Origin: Bacteroidales bacterium
GTDB lineage: Bacteria; Bacteroidota; Bacteroidia; Bacteroidales; JAAYUG01
Direction: 5' to 3'
DNA length: 64,000 nucleotides
Assembly: GCA_012517825.1 (NCBI GenBank)
Contig: JAAYUG010000115.1
Span: 827 to 64,826, forward strand
The translations under genes were made by a program, and so were the position numbers. Positions 1 through 8,634 of the stretch are shown piece after piece. Position 1 is the first letter of the stretch; the number at the start of each line of letters is the position of its first letter. Below the pieces are notes generated by a model. That model ran no database searches, was not told where the DNA came from, and saw nothing but the letters and a program-made list of their open reading frames with translations.

Positions 1-422
1 CCCTCTTCAAGCGCCATGGACTGTTCTCTGAATGCCTCATAGAGTTCATCGGGTGTAACATCCCCCGTAAGGAGCATTTTCCCTGTGGGGCCGATAGATC
101 CCATGACAATAACCCGGCTTCCGGCTGCCGTGCGGGAAATTCTGGCGGCCTCTCTGTTGATGTCGTATGCTTTTTCGGATAATCCGTAATGTGCCAGTTT
201 TATGCGGGAACCTCCAAAACTATTGGTTTCAATAATATCGGCACCGGCTTCCACATAAGCCGATGCAACCTTTAATACCAGATCCGGGTGAGAAAGGTTC
301 CATTCCTCAGGGCAATCTCCCGGCTGCAGACCGAGCTGCTGCAAAAAAGTACCCCAGGCTCCGTCGCATACCGGAATTTTTCCTGAATGAATAAGTTCCT
401 GAATTTTTCGCCTGCGTTCCAT
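1..422 (-). CDS. Homocysteine S-methyltransferase domain protein (MetH-like N-terminal domain); the 3' end runs off the window
   Basis: I translated the minus strand by hand from the ATG at 422-420. It gives MERRRKIQELIHSGKIPVCDGAWGTFLQQLGLQPGDCPEEWNLSHPDLVLKVASAYVEAGADIIETNSFGGSR...IGPTGKMLL. This matches the Hcy-binding (S-methyltransferase) domain pattern (GAD-I-ETN-FG). The frame stays open to position 1. Confidence 0.75.
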   Translation of the reverse strand, partial: MERRRKIQELIHSGKIPVCDGAWGTFLQQLGLQPGDCPEEWNLSHPDLVLKVASAYVEAGADIIETNSFGGSRIKLAHYGLSEKAYDINREAARISRTAAGSRVIVMGSIGPTGKMLLTGDVTPDELYEAFREQSMALEE

Positions 423-480
423 AAGGACATTCTGCTGTCTGCAAAACTAACCAATCAGAACAAATAACAAAGCCGTTATT

Positions 481-1818
481 CTAATTGATTTTTTCAGGTA
501 CCTTAGGCGAAATGGAGGTAAAAGGAGGAGGATTCAGCAGATCAAATGGTGGCCATGACTGAACAGAATCAATGGCCATATTCATGTGCCTTACAATTTC
601 GCTGTGAAGGGTATTTCTTCTGGGAGAACTTGTATTAAGAATGACAATCCATACAATATTATCATTGCGCCGCATAACATGAGCCAATGTTCCGGTCATG
701 GTTCCGGTTCTCCACCAGTTGTCCTCTTTATCCTTACCCATCCACCCCAGCAGGTCATCTTCGAAATAACCTGCGCTTGTCATAGCGGCTATTGATTCAG
801 AACTAAGGATATCAGGTTTTTCAGGAAATCCGTCAATGCGAAGCATCAGCATGGCCAGCTCGGGAGAAGAGGCTATCCACCCGCCGGCAGGCCCAAGCAA
901 AGGAATATCAATGCCACCGTTGGCACGTTCTACTTGCTCTTCGCTGCCATCAACGGCAGGAGAAAGCCTTGGTCCATATTGCTCGTAGTATTTTACCTCA
1001 TTGGGATATCTCTGTGCAAAGAAGCTCTTCCCTATATGCATGTCGTATATACCAAGTGGGTAAAGAATCTGCGTCTGAACAAACTGTTCATAGGGCATTT
1101 GTGTAACCTTCTCGATCACCTCTCCCAAAATGATATACCCCAGGTTGGAATACGCATAACGATGCCCCGGGGACGAGGCAAGTGGATAATGCAGGGCAAA
1201 AACAATCAGATCAGACGATTTCAGGGGAAGATCCTTATGAAGAATTTTGGCAACAGCTACAGGATTAAAGGCCGGATCGCCATAACGCGTGCTAAAACCG
1301 GCAACATGGCGCAGGAGATGGTCAACGGTTATTTTTTCGTACCGTTTGTCTCTGTAAATTCGATAGATACTGTCATTCAGAATCCCGGAACTTCCAAAAA
1401 CATGGTCATCGAGCCGCACCTTTCCCTGCTCAACCAGTTTCATGATTGCAACAGCTGTAATGAGTTTTGAAACACTGGCAATGCGAAAAAGATGAGCGGG
1501 GGAAACCGGCACCTGTTTTTCGGCATCAGCAAAACCCAGTCCTTTTGCATAAACAAGACGGCCTTTTACGGCAACGGCAACCGAAGCCCCCCTGACATTG
1601 TATTTGTGCATAATTTGCTGCACCGCTTCATCAATATAATGACAAGCAGGAAAGGAGGAATAGTCATTTGTAATTTTCCAGCTCACCGGTATACCCGCTG
1701 AAGAGGCACCTCCGGGTTCATTTCCGTCGGCAATGGCACTGCTGGAAAGACGAAAGTCGCCTGAACCTGCCAGCAACAAAAGTATAAGCAATATCCAAAA
1801 GCGTGCTACCCTACCCAC
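481..1818 (-). CDS. Secreted serine hydrolase, beta-lactamase (class C/PBP4*-like) family
   Basis: 445-aa ORF with an N-terminal hydrophobic signal (FWILLILLLLAGSG). It has the SxxK motif in FRIASVSKLITAVAIM and a YSN-type motif (YAYSNLGY). GTG start. Confidence 0.8.
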   Translation of the reverse strand: MGRVARFWILLILLLLAGSGDFRLSSSAIADGNEPGGASSAGIPVSWKITNDYSSFPACHYIDEAVQQIMHKYNVRGASVAVAVKGRLVYAKGLGFADAEKQVPVSPAHLFRIASVSKLITAVAIMKLVEQGKVRLDDHVFGSSGILNDSIYRIYRDKRYEKITVDHLLRHVAGFSTRYGDPAFNPVAVAKILHKDLPLKSSDLIVFALHYPLASSPGHRYAYSNLGYIILGEVIEKVTQMPYEQFVQTQILYPLGIYDMHIGKSFFAQRYPNEVKYYEQYGPRLSPAVDGSEEQVERANGGIDIPLLGPAGGWIASSPELAMLMLRIDGFPEKPDILSSESIAAMTSAGYFEDDLLGWMGKDKEDNWWRTGTMTGTLAHVMRRNDNIVWIVILNTSSPRRNTLHSEIVRHMNMAIDSVQSWPPFDLLNPPPFTSISPKVPEKIN

Positions 1819-1932
1819 AATGCATCAATTTAATCAAAATCATACAAAATTACTGCTGTCTGACTGGCCGCAAAAATAATCGAATTGATGAACAGTATGC
1901 AAAAAAATATCAACAGGTTACCCCTCAAGGAT

Positions 1933-2976
1933 TTAGTTCTTGTGAAAAATGTATTTCTTTCTGTACGGAGGGAAGTTAATGGTAAAATAGAATTCATCGA
2001 GACTGGCCGCCATTTTTCCTTTGGTTGTCTCACTCAGGTAAGGGTTTTTGGACAAGCTTGCATAAAAAAACCTTCTGTTTTTATTGAAAAACCTGATGGT
2101 TTGAATCACTTCTTTACGGGAGGAATAGGTTCCTTTAAAATCCCTGGTTGGTTGCAGAATCGTATCATTTGTGGCAGAAGGGATTCGGTAGGGTACACCG
2201 AGAATACCGGCAAAATCAAAATCAAACGGAACTGCGACCGGCCTTTTACTGTACCCGGGTTCAAATATTTCAATATTATGAAGTATGGAAGCGGCCCAAT
2301 CGTTGTTCATTATCATATACTGAAAAAAACAAAGCTTTTTATATTCTTCCTGATCGAGTTCAGCAAGATGTATTTCATTGGCGTTTCTGAATTTCCCCTG
2401 CATTCTTTTTTCAAACGAACCTTTTGTTTCGAGAAGGATAGCATATCTTACAAAAGCGGGAAATGAGCCTCCGAGATTGGAAAAAGTACAGCGGATGAGC
2501 CGCACATTAAAGGCATATCTTGAAATTTTCTGATACCATTTATATAACAAGTATTCTCCTATCACATACTGTTCAAACTGAACATTTTCGGGCCTGCACT
2601 GGACCACCATCTTAATGCTCCTTATACCTTCAAAGATGGTATTTTTTACACTGTCCGGTTCAAAATACAGTCGAAGGGAAGGAAAAGAACAGTTTTCGGG
2701 ACGCTTGCGAAATTTGCCTCTGACACTAATCGATGCGCTCACCATGTGCACATTTCCGCATGCATCCAGGTATCTCAGCCTGGCCGGACGCCGGACAGGG
2801 TCTCCGTTACGATCATTCAGCACCGAATCATAATTGGCAAAAATGATAATGTTCAGGACCGAATCGGAATCAAAAATCCGGGGCAATGAACACGCTGAGG
2901 ATATAAGTTCCTGGCCGCTTGACCCAAAAGGCAGGAGGAGAAACGTCATTAACAGCCCAAAAAAAGACTTTATCAT
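1933..2976 (-). CDS. Secreted hypothetical protein, tentatively CotH-like
   Basis: 347-aa ORF with a signal peptide (MIKSFFGLLMTFLLLPFGSSGQ). The motif stretch ...YAILLETKGSFEKR... and NNDWAASILHNIEIFEPG...PVAVPFDFDFAG recalls the CotH-family HN...(P)(W/F)D.D..(F)G pattern. The family assignment rests on recollection only. Confidence 0.5.
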   Translation of the reverse strand: MIKSFFGLLMTFLLLPFGSSGQELISSACSLPRIFDSDSVLNIIIFANYDSVLNDRNGDPVRRPARLRYLDACGNVHMVSASISVRGKFRKRPENCSFPSLRLYFEPDSVKNTIFEGIRSIKMVVQCRPENVQFEQYVIGEYLLYKWYQKISRYAFNVRLIRCTFSNLGGSFPAFVRYAILLETKGSFEKRMQGKFRNANEIHLAELDQEEYKKLCFFQYMIMNNDWAASILHNIEIFEPGYSKRPVAVPFDFDFAGILGVPYRIPSATNDTILQPTRDFKGTYSSRKEVIQTIRFFNKNRRFFYASLSKNPYLSETTKGKMAASLDEFYFTINFPPYRKKYIFHKN

Positions 2977-3060
2977 AGGTCAAATATACAAACCCATATA
3001 CAATTCAAAAACGCTTTTTGTTCAAACAATCATCAGTAAGCGAAATACGTCGCTATTTTA

Positions 3061-3200
3061 ATCCTATATTCGTCAATTGAAAAACTCAATTAACGAATCG
3101 ACTAACAAAATCTAATCCGATTTTACACGTCGGGATTACCTCGATAAGTCAACAGAAACAAGTTGTTTAAATGTTTTTTTGTTTCTATTGACTAATCTCA
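3061..3200. repeat. Intergenic structured repeat, family A, copy 1
   Basis: About 140 nt that aligns nearly base for base with 27501-27630, apart from an ~11-nt indel in the last hairpin loop. It has three hairpins: TCGTCAATTGA/TCAATTAACGA, AAAATC/GATTTT and GTCAACAGAAAC...GTTTCTATTGAC. Confidence 0.85.
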
Positions 3201-3309
3201 GTTAATGTTACCGGCAGGAAAAATATTGACATCCTTTGGATATGAGCACCAACCGGTTGATGGAAAGGATATTCTGCTTTCTTTGGATTCTTCTGAACAA
3301 TGCGATGGT

Positions 3310-3855
3310 CTATTTCAAACGGTCTTTGAAAGGAAGAAATGTCATGAAATCGCAATGATGAACGATAGTGGCCTCCACACTTCTTTTAACAAGGTCTCCT
3401 TCTCCGGCATGGGCGGCTATAATATGTGTCACTTCGGCAGGTACACCGCAGGCTTCAGCTAATCCCACACCTGAGAATGGATGTCGGAGATACTTGCCAT
3501 AGGCGCCCTGAACAATTTTTCCGTCCTTTTTTTCATATTCGAGAAGTTTGCCTACATCGGCCAGAATAGCTCCTGCAATAAGGGTATCCATATTAACGGG
3601 CAAATCCTTGCCGAAGAAACGGATGATTTCTTCGCCTGCCTTTTTTGCCAGGTGTACCACTGCCCTTTTGTGCGTCATGAACGATACACTGCAATCAGGC
3701 ACCAGAAGAGTAAAAGGAATGGTTTCCAGGTCGTCGGGGGAAAGGGAGCTTCTGGAAAAAGCGAGAGCCCATGTCTCGGCTATTTTCTGCCGAAGTTCCC
3801 GATCGGATATCCATTCCAGTTCAGGCCAGAGATTATATACCACGGTTAAATCCAT
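3310..3855 (-). CDS. HD-domain (metal-dependent phosphohydrolase) protein
   Basis: The ORF has an H...HD-type pattern (THKRAVVHLAKKAGE..., ILADVGK, HIIAAHAGEGD). I chose the ATG at 3855 (MDLTVVY) so the gene does not overlap the upstream gene's stop at 3860. Confidence 0.65.
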   Translation of the reverse strand: MDLTVVYNLWPELEWISDRELRQKIAETWALAFSRSSLSPDDLETIPFTLLVPDCSVSFMTHKRAVVHLAKKAGEEIIRFFGKDLPVNMDTLIAGAILADVGKLLEYEKKDGKIVQGAYGKYLRHPFSGVGLAEACGVPAEVTHIIAAHAGEGDLVKRSVEATIVHHCDFMTFLPFKDRLK

Positions 3856-3859
3856 ATTT

Positions 3860-5050
3860 CTAAAGATTATTGATGATAGCATCAGTCATTTGCACGGTAG
3901 AAGCGGCTCCCTGTGCAATCACGTCAGGCGAGCCTTTCATCATCAGCATATCGTAGGTGCGAACCTTCCCCTCGGCAATTACTTTGCTGACAGCATTCCG
4001 GATACGGAATGAAAGGTCTCTTTCATCCAGATGGTCCAGCATCAGGCATGCTGCTTCGATCATTGCAATCGGATTGACAATGGGGATCTTGTAGTTGGCA
4101 TATTTGGGTGCCGAACCATGGGTAGGTTCAAAGACAGCCACTTCTGTTCCAAGATTTGCGCTGGCGGCGAATCCTAATCCCCCGATTAATCCGGCAAAAC
4201 CATCCGAAACAATATCTCCGAACATATTTCCGGCAACAATAACCCCATAATCTTCGGGGTTTTTGGTCAGCCACATCATTTGTGCATCGATATTGGTATC
4301 CCACAACGCAATTTCAGGATATTCAGTTTTCTGGATTTGTTTGGCAATCCGCAGCATAAGTCCGGAGGTTTCCCTGATAACATTTGGTTTTTCACACACA
4401 GTAACCGAAGGATAATTGTACTTTCTTGCATGTTCGAATGCAGCCCGGACAATTCTTTCGGTTGCACGCCGGGTAAAGATTCTTACGGAGAGGGAAATTT
4501 CGTTTTTAGGCACATTCCCGAAATTCTCCCTGAATTTGGGATGCGTGCAGAGTGCCTGATATACCTGGTCGGGAGGATCGGTCCATTCAACACCCGAATA
4601 AAGACATTCCGTATTCTGCCTGAAAATGACGGCATTAACATAGGGTTCATAGACAGAGCCATCGGGGCGACGCCTCACAAAATTCAGGGGATTTCCTTTG
4701 TATGACCTGCAGGGGCGGATGCAGATATCGAGGTTAAATTTTTGCCTCAATCCGACAATGGGGCTCGAATAAACAAAGCCTTTATCGCGCAGTTCGGGTT
4801 TCAGCTCCGCAGCAGCCTCATCTTTGGGTTTTGAAGTAATGGCACCGAACAAAGCAATTTTATGTTCCCTGATCAGCTGAATTGTTCTATCAGGCAGAGG
4901 ATTCCCCTCATTACACCAAAATTCCCAGCCGATGTCACCTGTTATGTATTCAGCATCAAATCCTGCGGCATCAAGAACACGGACAGCCTGTTCCATCACA
5001 ATCTTTCCGATGCCATCACCCGGTAACAGAACGATTTTTTGTTTTGCCAT
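3860..5050 (-). CDS. Isocitrate/isopropylmalate dehydrogenase family protein
   Basis: MAKQKIVLLPGDGIGKIV..., GLRQKFNLDICIRPCRSY, GDIVSDGFAGLIGGLGFAASANLG and EPTHGSAPKYA are hallmark motifs of beta-decarboxylating dehydrogenases. An alternative start lies at 5056. Confidence 0.85.
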   Translation of the reverse strand: MAKQKIVLLPGDGIGKIVMEQAVRVLDAAGFDAEYITGDIGWEFWCNEGNPLPDRTIQLIREHKIALFGAITSKPKDEAAAELKPELRDKGFVYSSPIVGLRQKFNLDICIRPCRSYKGNPLNFVRRRPDGSVYEPYVNAVIFRQNTECLYSGVEWTDPPDQVYQALCTHPKFRENFGNVPKNEISLSVRIFTRRATERIVRAAFEHARKYNYPSVTVCEKPNVIRETSGLMLRIAKQIQKTEYPEIALWDTNIDAQMMWLTKNPEDYGVIVAGNMFGDIVSDGFAGLIGGLGFAASANLGTEVAVFEPTHGSAPKYANYKIPIVNPIAMIEAACLMLDHLDERDLSFRIRNAVSKVIAEGKVRTYDMLMMKGSPDVIAQGAASTVQMTDAIINNL

Positions 5051-5216
5051 ATGCATCCGTTATTAAATGGTTCAGGTTATTACTGTAAAAATATATGAAA
5101 GCGTATTTGAGCAACAAAATTGATGGTTGTTATACAGCATAGAAATTCAATTTTCTGCTGAAGGTCGGAAGAATAATTGCTATAATTGCACCTTTGTTAG
5201 GAAGGAGGGATGAAAA

Positions 5217-6674
5217 ATGTCAGATTTTGGAGCGATTCAACCGGAAGGCATCTGGAAATGGTTTTCGATACTCTGTAAAATACCAAGACCTTCAGGCCAT
5301 GAAGCTGATGTTATTGCCATGATCCGGAATTACGCTGAAAAGAATGGATTCCCGTCAAGGACTGATCAGGCAGGAAATCTGGTAGTTTATAAAAAGGCTT
5401 CCGAGGGGTATTCGGTTTTTCCAACGGTAATCCTGCAGGCCCATGTTGATATGGTATGCGAAAAAAACAAGGGTACCGACCATGACTTTTACAAAGACCC
5501 GATTGAAACCTACATTGACGATGGATGGGTAAAAGCCAGAGGAACTACGCTGGGTGCCGACAACGGAATCGGTGTATCGGCTATGCTGGCCATTTTGGAA
5601 GACAGACAACTCCAGCATGGTCCGCTGGAATTGCTGTTTACAATTGACGAAGAACGGGGACTCACGGGTGCCAGAAATCTGGATGATACCCTGCTTTCGG
5701 GAAAGATACTCATTAATCTTGATTCGGAAGATGAAGGTGAATTGTTTATAGGATGTGCCGGCGGAATTGACACGATTGCAGAATTTGCCCCCTCATTCGA
5801 TTCTGTTCCCGATGGATACTGTTGCTATACCATTTTTATTTCCGGACTGACGGGCGGCCATTCAGGGGATGAGATTGACAAGGGCCATGCCAATTCCATC
5901 AAACTGCTTGCCCGTCTGTTATGTGAGCTGGAACAAAGCCTGAATGCACGGATCAGCTCTTTTTCGGGTGGCCACCAGCATAATGCTATACCAAGGGAAG
6001 CTATGGCAAAAGTTTGCTTACCATCCGGTAAGAAAGACAAATTTGTGGAGGAAATTATAAAATGGAAAGATATATTCTTAAAGGAATTTAAGGATACTGA
6101 TCCCAACCTGAACCTTTCATGGCAGGAAGAAGAGAATTGTCAGGTTGCCTTCGCAAAAGAATTTCAGGAGAAGCTGATTCATGCACTGAACGCATGTCCT
6201 CATGGAGTTCAGCGGATGAGCCGGAGCATGCCCGGGCTGGTGGAAACTTCAACCAATCTGGCGTCGGTTAAAGAAATCCGAAACAAGATTGTGGTAGCGA
6301 CCAGTCAGCGAAGCTCGGTTGATTCAGCCAAATATAATATTGCAGGCCAGGTCAGAAGTGTTTTTTACCTGGCAGGAGCCAGAACAGAGCATTCGACAGG
6401 ATATCCCGGATGGGAACCCAAACCGGATTCTCCGCTCGTTCAGCACGTATCATCAACGTATCGGAGCCTGTTCGGGAAGGAGCCTGTTGTAAGAGCTATT
6501 CATGCCGGTTTGGAATGCGGCCTTTTTCTCGAAAAATATCCCGGGCTGGATATGATATCCTTTGGCCCCACAATAAAAGGTGTGCATTCTCCCGACGAAC
6601 GGGTCAACATAAACAGCGTAAAAAATTTCTGGGATTTGCTCCTGGAGATTCTGAAAACATTGCCAGTAAGATAG
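5217..6674 (+). CDS. pepD: Aminoacyl-histidine (Xaa-His) dipeptidase, M20C family
   Basis: PRPSGHEADV, LQAHVDMVCEKN, GADNGIGVSAMLA, TIDEERGLTGA and NLDSEDEGELFIGCAGG are classic PepD motifs. An SD-like GGAAGGAGGG lies upstream. Confidence 0.9.
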   Translation: MSDFGAIQPEGIWKWFSILCKIPRPSGHEADVIAMIRNYAEKNGFPSRTDQAGNLVVYKKASEGYSVFPTVILQAHVDMVCEKNKGTDHDFYKDPIETYIDDGWVKARGTTLGADNGIGVSAMLAILEDRQLQHGPLELLFTIDEERGLTGARNLDDTLLSGKILINLDSEDEGELFIGCAGGIDTIAEFAPSFDSVPDGYCCYTIFISGLTGGHSGDEIDKGHANSIKLLARLLCELEQSLNARISSFSGGHQHNAIPREAMAKVCLPSGKKDKFVEEIIKWKDIFLKEFKDTDPNLNLSWQEEENCQVAFAKEFQEKLIHALNACPHGVQRMSRSMPGLVETSTNLASVKEIRNKIVVATSQRSSVDSAKYNIAGQVRSVFYLAGARTEHSTGYPGWEPKPDSPLVQHVSSTYRSLFGKEPVVRAIHAGLECGLFLEKYPGLDMISFGPTIKGVHSPDERVNINSVKNFWDLLLEILKTLPVR

Positions 6675-6725
6675 ATTGTTCCGCGTGTGAGGGCGGAATG
6701 CAATTTCTGACTGAAACATTACATT

Positions 6726-6887
6726 TCAATCCATAGGAACAAAATCGGCTTTGGATACGCCGCAAACCGGGCAATGCCATGTGTCGGGTATTTCTTCGAA
6801 CGGGGTACCGGGAAAAATTCCGCTATCCGGGTCTCCTTCCTCCGGATCATAAACATAGCCGCACACAGTACAACGATATTTTGTCAT
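6726..6887 (-). CDS. Rubredoxin (53 aa; below the ORF-track length cutoff)
   Basis: Hand translation gives [53 protein letters not shown]. It has two CxxCG knuckles with canonical rubredoxin spacing. Confidence 0.9.
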   Translation of the reverse strand: MTKYRCTVCGYVYDPEEGDPDSGIFPGTPFEEIPDTWHCPVCGVSKADFVPMD

Positions 6888-7050
6888 GGACTCCAGGTTA
6901 AAATCACCCTAAAAATGCAAAAAAATCTGAAATCATCTATTTCGGACTTCAGGCCGGGATTCAGCTCTATGAACCAAAACCTGATTCAATTTCAAAATAA
7001 TCAGACAGATTGCCGGAGAAAAAACTTATTAATCGATTTTTGGCAGTCTT

Positions 7051-7170
7051 TATGAAACACCCATGATTTGTAAACACAAACTCCAATTAACAATATTCAA
7101 ATCATGGGTGTTCCCCCGCTTTGGCGGGGCAGGCTATCCGACCTTTGAAAATCAATTTTGTTCGGATGAA
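7051..7170. repeat. Intergenic structured repeat, family B, copy 1
   Basis: About 120 nt that aligns with 51185-51303. A long hairpin pairs AACACCCATGATTTG (7056-7070) with CAAATCATGGGTGTT (7098-7112). A GC hairpin CCCCGC-TTTG-GCGGGG follows at 7114-7129. Confidence 0.85.
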
Positions 7171-7226
7171 ATGTTAAGAAAAGATTATGTTATTTTTACC
7201 AAAATGTTTTAGATGTTTTGATTGCA

Positions 7227-8003
7227 ATGACCGCATTTTTGCCCGAAAGTGTCCTGGAAGATTACCAAACCGTATCGCTTGAAGAGGTAATGAGGGCCTC
7301 CCTGGCAGAAAGGATGGAACGAAAGTATATTTTCCCGGCAAGACTTTTGCCTGAAATACTGTTTCTGTTAAAAGAAGATTTTGACCTTATGGTAGCCGGA
7401 AATCAGGCCGTTCAGTTATATGAATCGGTCTATTTTGATACCCCTGCCCTTTCCACTTACCTGGCCCATCACAATGGTGCCGGAGACAGATACAAAATCC
7501 GGCTTCGCAAATACCATTCCACGTCGGCCTGTTTTCTGGAAATAAAGCACAGAATTGTTACCGGGAAGGTAATAAAAAAGCGGGTCGAAATTCCTGACCT
7601 TGCGGCAGACCTTGCCTCGTATTCTGAATTTCTTTGCCATAATTCACCATACCATCCCGAAGAGCTTGAAGAAAAAATAAGGTCATACTATTACCGTATC
7701 ACACTGGTTAACAAGGTACTGGAAGAGAGAGCTACGTTTGATTACGGGCTTTTTTTCACTAATGGAACCGAAAAAAAAGATTTTTCTCCTCTTGTAATCG
7801 CAGAATTCAAGTTCTCAAAGGAACTGCGCCGGCCAAGCTGTCAGAACCTCCTGCGGGGGTTTCATATACGAAGTACAAGTATTTCCAAATACTGTACAGG
7901 CATTGCCAGTTTATACCCTGATGTCAGAAAAAATCGTTTCAAGCAGAAGCTCAGAAAGATTAACCGTATAATTTTAACCCATTATGAGAATCCTGTCAGT
8001 TGA
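7227..8003 (+). CDS. VTC-domain (polyphosphate-polymerase-like, triphosphate tunnel fold) protein
   Basis: RMERKYIF..., YESVYFDT, RYKIRLRKY and FLEIKHR fit the bacterial VTC/CYTH-like family pattern. The start is the ATG at 7227; a TTG at 7218 is possible. Confidence 0.7.
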   Translation: MTAFLPESVLEDYQTVSLEEVMRASLAERMERKYIFPARLLPEILFLLKEDFDLMVAGNQAVQLYESVYFDTPALSTYLAHHNGAGDRYKIRLRKYHSTSACFLEIKHRIVTGKVIKKRVEIPDLAADLASYSEFLCHNSPYHPEELEEKIRSYYYRITLVNKVLEERATFDYGLFFTNGTEKKDFSPLVIAEFKFSKELRRPSCQNLLRGFHIRSTSISKYCTGIASLYPDVRKNRFKQKLRKINRIILTHYENPVS

Positions 8004-8628
8004 AATTTTTGGAATAGAACTGGTTGATTTGCCAGCTCTGCTTGAGCTTACGCTCAGGCTTTTACTGAACCTTGTGACGGTTGTCATCGTTGTCAGGTAC
8101 ATTTATTTCCCGGTCACCAGACGAAAAGATTACTTTTTTTCCTATCTGATTACGGCTGTTCTTGTATTTCTGATCTGTTTTCTTCTGGCCAACGTGAAAC
8201 TGCAGATTGGTTTTGCCCTCGGATTGTTCGCGATTTTTGGCATTATCCGATACCGTACTACCACGGTACCCATAAAAGAAATGACCTATTTGTTTCTGGT
8301 CATCGGGGTCAGTGTAATCAATGCCCTGGCCAACAAGAAAGTAAGCTATGCCGAACTGTTTCTGACCAATTTAACCATCATTTTGATTGCCTTAATAGGA
8401 GAAAGGTTCTGGCTCAGAAAGAAAGAGGCCTTCAAGAACATTCTTTATGAAAAGCCTGATCTGATAAGGCCGGAAAAACGGCAGGAACTCTATGCGGATA
8501 TTAAAAACCGCACCGGATTACCGATCATACGCATCGAAACCGGGGATGTGGATTATTTGCGCGATAGCGTTGAACTCCGCGTATGGTATGAAGATACGGA
8601 AGGGCTTGAAATGGATAAAACCGATTAA
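7984..8628 (+). CDS. DUF4956-like membrane protein, the usual partner of bacterial VTC proteins
   Basis: 214 aa with 4-5 hydrophobic helices followed by a soluble tail. It overlaps the VTC gene by 20 nt, which suggests translational coupling. The family name comes from recollection of the typical VTC/DUF4956 pairing. Confidence 0.6.
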   Translation: MRILSVEIFGIELVDLPALLELTLRLLLNLVTVVIVVRYIYFPVTRRKDYFFSYLITAVLVFLICFLLANVKLQIGFALGLFAIFGIIRYRTTTVPIKEMTYLFLVIGVSVINALANKKVSYAELFLTNLTIILIALIGERFWLRKKEAFKNILYEKPDLIRPEKRQELYADIKNRTGLPIIRIETGDVDYLRDSVELRVWYEDTEGLEMDKTD

Positions 8629-8634
8629 GCGGTC

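Noticed and set aside
272-454. 60-aa minus-strand ORF from the track at the left edge
   Set aside because: It is in a different frame from the clear homocysteine S-methyltransferase reading frame (ATG at 422, open to position 1). Its sequence has no recognisable motif.
3205-3462. 85-aa plus-strand ORF starting at the end of repeat A copy 1
   Set aside because: It runs antisense into the 3' end of the HD-domain gene and has no supporting motif.
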